A stretch of DNA of 64,000 nt. Origin: an uncultured Planctomycetaceae bacterium. GTDB taxonomy: Bacteria; Planctomycetota; Planctomycetia; Isosphaerales; Isosphaeraceae. Within the stretch, counting starts at the first letter, position 1; every line of letters starts with the position of its first letter. The position numbers and the translations under genes were made by a program. The notes below the pieces were generated by a model, which saw nothing but the letters and a program-made list of their open reading frames with translations, made no database searches and was not told the origin of the DNA. The stretch is from contig CAWIAD010000001.1 of NCBI GenBank assembly GCA_963833985.1, forward strand, positions 1,568,001-1,632,000, given 5' to 3'. Shown here in pieces: positions 59,561 through 64,000 of the stretch.

Positions 59561-62388
59561 ACGCCGGCGACGCCACCTGGGTGGACCTCCGGCATCTCCT
59601 GCTTCCGTGGGGACAGTTCTCAGGCACCACCTACAGCCCCAACCCCTCGCTCAAGCTCAACTCCACCGGGTATCCCGAGTCCACCGCGGGAACGTACGCC
59701 GAGATCAACAACTATCCCGACGGGAATTACCAGGTCAGCTATTCCGGGCAAGCCACGCTGGACTTCTTTGGCATCGGGCAGCTTGCGGGCCCGGCCACGC
59801 TGGGCAGCGACGGGCTCTATCATGCCATGCTCCACGTGAACCACGCCATCTACCCGGACCACATCACGCTGATGCTTCAGGTGACCGGGCTAGACCCGTC
59901 GAATCCGTTCGGGAATCTGAAGATTATCATGCCCGGCTACAGTCCGGACACCACCCAGCTCTACACGAACAACTTGCTCCAGGATCTTCAGCCCTTCTCC
60001 TACATCCGCATGGTGGAGTGGAACGGCACGATCAACTCCACCCAGGTGAACTGGTCGGACCGCGTGCTTCCGCAGAACTTCCTGGCCACCGGACCCAATG
60101 GCGTCTCCTACGAGGAGATCATCGCCATGGCCAACGAGGCCAGCAGGGACCTCTGGATCAACGTTCCAGCCATGGCCACCGACAGCTACGTCCAGAGCCT
60201 GGCCCAGCTCATCCAGCAGGACCTGAACCCGAACCTGAAGGTGTACGTCGAGTACAGCAACGAGACCTGGAATGCCTCCTTCAGCGAGTACTTTCAGGTT
60301 CTGGCGGCCGCCCAGAACAACCCTCTGGTGACCGACAAGAGCAACCAGGGTGTGGCCGTCGCGCAGCAGAGTGCGTACATGACCAAGCACATTGGCGACA
60401 TCTTCAAGCAGGTCTTCGGCAGCCAGGCCAGCCGCGTCTTGCCCGTACTCGGCTCGTGGGCGGCGGTACCCAGCTATAACCAGAACGAGCTGGCGTTCTT
60501 GCAGTCCAACTATGGCTCGGTGAGCAACTCCATCAGCGCCTTTGCCATCGCGCCTTACGTCACCCTGGCCTCGGGCACTGACAGGAAGGGCATGTCCATG
60601 ACGGCCCTGTTCAACTCCATGGAGAAGATGCTCAATACGGATATCTCGAGCTGGCTCACGCAAAACGAAGCGCTTTCGCAGACCTACGGCGTTCCCGTCA
60701 TCAGCTATGAGGCCGGCCAGGGGCTTTATCCCTACAACAGCAAGAACCCGCAGCTCGAGATCCAGGCGCAGAGCAACCCGGGAATGTACACCCTGTACTC
60801 GAACCTGATCGCGATGTGGGAAAAGGACATGGGAACTCCGCTGACTTTCTATGCCCTGAATGACAGCTTCTGGGGGCTCCTGCCCTCGGTCAGCGCCACG
60901 GGCGCCCCGAAGTGGGACGCGGTGATGAACGCCATCCTGCCGGCCGGCGATGCCGACCTCGACGGCAAGGTCACCGCCGCCGACATCAACATCATCGAGG
61001 CCCACATGGGCCAGACCAACGCCACCTGGGGCGATGGGGACTTCAACCACGACGGCGTGGTCGACGCGCAAGACCTGGCGCTGGCCGAGGCGAACCTGCC
61101 GGCCACCCCGGCGGCCGCCACCTTCGTCGCCCAGGACTCCACCACCCAGGGAAGCTGGAAGGGAGTTTATGGCAGCGACGGTTACACGCTGGTCGGTGAT
61201 CAGTCAAGCCTGCCGGTCTACGCGCAGCTAACCACCCAAGGCACTCTCAAGAACGTCTGGAGCAACAGTACCAGCGACGTTCGCGCCTTGCAGAAGGGAA
61301 GTTCCACGGCAACCGACCGGATCGCGGCCGCGTGGTATAGCAATTCCAACAGCTTCACGATCAACATCAATCTGCCCGACAGTCTCACACACGTAGTGAG
61401 CATTTACGCTCTGGATTGGGACAACCAGGGCCGCTCCGAGCAGATCCAGGTGACCGACGCCTCGACAGGAGCCGTGCTCGATACGCGCACCATCTCTTCC
61501 TTCGCCGGAGGCGTGTACCTGTCATGGCAGTTGACAGGCAACGTGGAGTTCACGTTCACCGGCATCTCCGGACCCAACCCGGTCGTCAGCGGCATCTTCT
61601 TCGATCACACAGGATCGTCCATGTTCGCCGGCACGAACAAGACGGCACAGGGCAACTGGCAGGGAACCTTTGGCAGCGAGGGATACCTCATGCCGAACAT
61701 CGGGTCAAGCATTCCTTCATACTTGCAGGTCACCCCCAGCAACCAGATCAACTACACGTGGAGCACCAACACCACGGATGTCCGCGCACTCAAGAGGCCC
61801 GCGCCGCAGTCGGGGCGCGTCGCTTCGTCGTGGTACAGCCCCTTCGACCAGTTCTCGGTGAACGTCAACTTCAGCGACTCTCGATCCCACCTCGTGACCT
61901 TTTACCTGCTGGACTGGGGCCGTGCCAACCGGATCGAACGGGTGGATCTGATCGACCCCTCGACCGGTGCCGTGCTGGACTCGCGTACCATCACGAACCT
62001 CTCCGGCGGCATCTACCTTTCCTGGAAGATGAGCGGGGACCTCACTTTCCGCTTCACCCGACTGTCCGGCCCCAACCCGGTGATCAACGGGATCTTCTTC
62101 GATCCGGTGCTCTCGTCGTCGATCAGTCCGGCCGTGTCGAGCTCGAGCCCAACCCCCCCGCCAGGTGCAGCCGTCGCGGCCGTTAGCCCCATTGTAGCCT
62201 TGAACCCGTCCGGCACACTCTTCACGCCCGGCGCCACCGTCTCGGCGCCGTCGGCCGCGTCCGTGAGCCGACGTGCCGCATGGTTCTCCTCGACACGGCG
62301 GCTTTTCGGGAACCTCCGCGCCGGAGACCGGCAGGGCCTTCGGGGAGGACTCGCCGCCGGTGCACCACGGACCCGGGCCGTTCCCTGA
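59455..62388 (+). CDS. Large secreted protein: planctomycete extracellular motif, putative glycoside hydrolase barrel, dockerin-like module, two tandem beta domains
   Basis: LEPLEDRVLLS; VYVEYSNETWN and SYEAGQ; GDADLDGKV...GDFNHDGVVDAQD; two ~165-aa repeats (TQGSWKGVYGSDGY...SGIFFD / AQGNWQGTFGSEGY...NGIFFD). Confidence 0.85.
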   Translation: MGRKTAHRTRRFQLEPLEDRVLLSTVGVDVKGNSPYAGDATWVDLRHLLLPWGQFSGTTYSPNPSLKLNSTGYPESTAGTYAEINNYPDGNYQVSYSGQATLDFFGIGQLAGPATLGSDGLYHAMLHVNHAIYPDHITLMLQVTGLDPSNPFGNLKIIMPGYSPDTTQLYTNNLLQDLQPFSYIRMVEWNGTINSTQVNWSDRVLPQNFLATGPNGVSYEEIIAMANEASRDLWINVPAMATDSYVQSLAQLIQQDLNPNLKVYVEYSNETWNASFSEYFQVLAAAQNNPLVTDKSNQGVAVAQQSAYMTKHIGDIFKQVFGSQASRVLPVLGSWAAVPSYNQNELAFLQSNYGSVSNSISAFAIAPYVTLASGTDRKGMSMTALFNSMEKMLNTDISSWLTQNEALSQTYGVPVISYEAGQGLYPYNSKNPQLEIQAQSNPGMYTLYSNLIAMWEKDMGTPLTFYALNDSFWGLLPSVSATGAPKWDAVMNAILPAGDADLDGKVTAADINIIEAHMGQTNATWGDGDFNHDGVVDAQDLALAEANLPATPAAATFVAQDSTTQGSWKGVYGSDGYTLVGDQSSLPVYAQLTTQGTLKNVWSNSTSDVRALQKGSSTATDRIAAAWYSNSNSFTININLPDSLTHVVSIYALDWDNQGRSEQIQVTDASTGAVLDTRTISSFAGGVYLSWQLTGNVEFTFTGISGPNPVVSGIFFDHTGSSMFAGTNKTAQGNWQGTFGSEGYLMPNIGSSIPSYLQVTPSNQINYTWSTNTTDVRALKRPAPQSGRVASSWYSPFDQFSVNVNFSDSRSHLVTFYLLDWGRANRIERVDLIDPSTGAVLDSRTITNLSGGIYLSWKMSGDLTFRFTRLSGPNPVINGIFFDPVLSSSISPAVSSSSPTPPPGAAVAAVSPIVALNPSGTLFTPGATVSAPSAASVSRRAAWFSSTRRLFGNLRAGDRQGLRGGLAAGAPRTRAVP

Positions 62389-62806
62389 ACTCGAAAGCAA
62401 GCAGCCCCGCAATGGGCCGACGACTCACACCGCACGGGAACCGGAAGCGGCCAGGGAAGGCCGCCAACAACCCTGAAAAGTACAGTCTGAGAGCAACATA
62501 AAAATTGACATTCATAATGCATTGAGTCTCACATCGCTGCCGCGCACTTCTCCACGCGCACGGTATTGCTGACTGGTTCACTCCTTCGCACAAGCAAGCG
62601 TTCACTTTCTTTTGCGCCGCTGGCCACACCCTTGCGATGCGCGGGACGGCCAAGTAGAATGCCTTCCGTCACAAAGAATCGTCGTATACTGTTATGATCG
62701 AGTGACGCCACGTTTGTTGACATCATTGCGTGGCTTTCCGACGTTGTCCGTCCGCCGGCGCTGAATGCGCCGAGAAATGAACCCTCAACACCGACGCGAG
62801 GTCGCG

Positions 62807-62914
62807 ATGGTCAGACGAAATGCGCGCCGTGCCAGCAGGCCCGGCCTGGAGTTACTCGAGCAGAGAACCCTGCTCACCACGTTCGGCGTGGACGTCAAGG
62901 GTCCCGGACCCTAG
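62807..62914 (+). pseudogene. Truncated paralog of the 59455 secreted protein (repeat copy 2)
   Basis: MVRRNARRASRPGLELLEQRTLLTTFGVDVKGPGP* versus MGRKTAHRTRRFQLEPLEDRVLLSTVGVDVKGNSPY. Similarity ends at CTAG 62911-62914. Confidence 0.8.
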
Positions 62915-63475
62915 CCCATGTTTGGGGTGGGTCGCCCTAAGTCCTTGCGGCGCAAGGGGCGATTTTTCAGATTGTCACTACATCACGGTTTTTTCGTCTT
63001 CCGGTGGTGCTGGCGGCCTGAGCTCGGTTAAGCCCAGCGCCTTCAGGACCCGCCGCGCATCGGGGCAGCCTCCACTGACTCCTTGCCGTTCGGGCTGATC
63101 GTCGAGACGGAGGGTCACCACCCGGAGCGTGGAGAGAGCTTGCATCGCCCTCTCTGGAGAGAAATCTATCCCAGCGTGCTCAAGTCGGCGGTGCAATAGC
63201 CGCTGGACCAGTAATGCCAGTGCAGCTACGAAAATATGTGCTTTTACTCGTTCCTCAATCTGATGATAAATCGGCCGCATGGCCAGCACGTCCTTGAGCT
63301 GGCGAAACCCGCGCTCGACATCGCTCAGGTCCTTGTAGATCGCCACGACCTCAAGCACGCTGAGCGCTGCTTCACTCGTGGCGATCACATACTTGCCTTC
63401 GATTCCCTGCTCATTGGTCAGACCCTTCGTGTTCTCAAAGTAGCGGAAAATCCCCTTGTCGAGGTCCCACGAATC
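62911..63475 (-). mobile_element. Truncated IS1634-family element (transposase C-terminal part and downstream end)
   Basis: SWDLDKGIFRYFEN...EGKYVIATSE...YKDLSDVERGFRQLKDVLAMRPIYHQIEERVKAHIFVAALALL carries the YREK-type signature. Similarity stops at an in-frame TAG near 63478, and the N-terminal part is absent. Confidence 0.8.
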
Positions 63476-64000
63476 CTACTTTCCGCACATCTCCCTTTGA
63501 TTTCCCCGAATTCGACCTGAGGCCATCTTCTCAGACGCGGCCCCAGGGTCGGTAAACATCTACAAGTCGATCGGCACGGGGACCTTGTTCGGTTCAGATG
63601 GTTCGCCAACCGGACCGTTCCTGAACTCGAGCCATTCTTCGCCTTGTCTTATAACTTGGCAATGTCCAGCCGCGCGCCGCGATTCTCGCCGCGACGACTT
63701 GTGACACGGGCTATGAGCGTAAGTTGAGCGGCTCACAACTTACGTCAAGGCAAATTGTCATAAGTGAATCACAAGATTTTTTGTCCTTGACGTCCCGATC
63801 TCCTCCGCCATCATTGCGGCAAGCCCTGCGGCGGTCGGCCTGCTCCCCTCACGGCCCTGGAAGGCCCGGCGGCGGACACCGGCCAACTCGCTGCAAACCC
63901 TCCGGAGATGATCCGCATGAACGAACCTCAACGACCGCGCCAACCCGGCGAGACGGCCCGCTCGAAGGGACGCACGCGCACGCTCAACACGCGGCGGATT

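Overview
GC-rich bacterial chromosomal window, most likely Planctomycetota (Isosphaeraceae-like). This is inferred from an LEPLEDRxLL extracellular signal motif, an ECF sigma factor with a C-terminal extension, and DUF1080/DUF4340/TPR gene content. Four blocks: (1) 0.3-16.9 kb envelope/efflux locus: TPR protein, OprO/P-type porin, two TolC-family proteins, a small signal-peptide ORF, an RND permease, a malate dehydrogenase homologue lacking its catalytic His-Asp pair, a half-size TauE, and an ECF sigma factor fused through a TM helix to a full RND periplasmic adaptor, the only adaptor in the locus. (2) 17-38.5 kb surface-glycan synthesis/modification cluster: AlgI/AlgJ-like O-acetylation, methyl-, sulfo- and acyltransferases, multidomain glycosyltransferases and a decayed sulfotransferase. 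(3) 38.7-59 kb mostly housekeeping: ate, glnE, SMI1/KNR4, miaB, hpnR, fmt, def, a GldAFG-like ABC operon and an ECF/anti-sigma pair. (4) 59.3-64 kb a large secreted glycan-active protein, then a second copy of its leader and 5' end that is cut off by a truncated IS1634 remnant. About ten frameshifts in otherwise intact genes are probably assembly indels. No rRNA, tRNA or CRISPR array was seen. The best candidate for a new system is the sigma-adaptor fusion with its RND/TolC/porin partners and the pseudo-MDH. All family calls come from motif recognition by eye; no searches were run.
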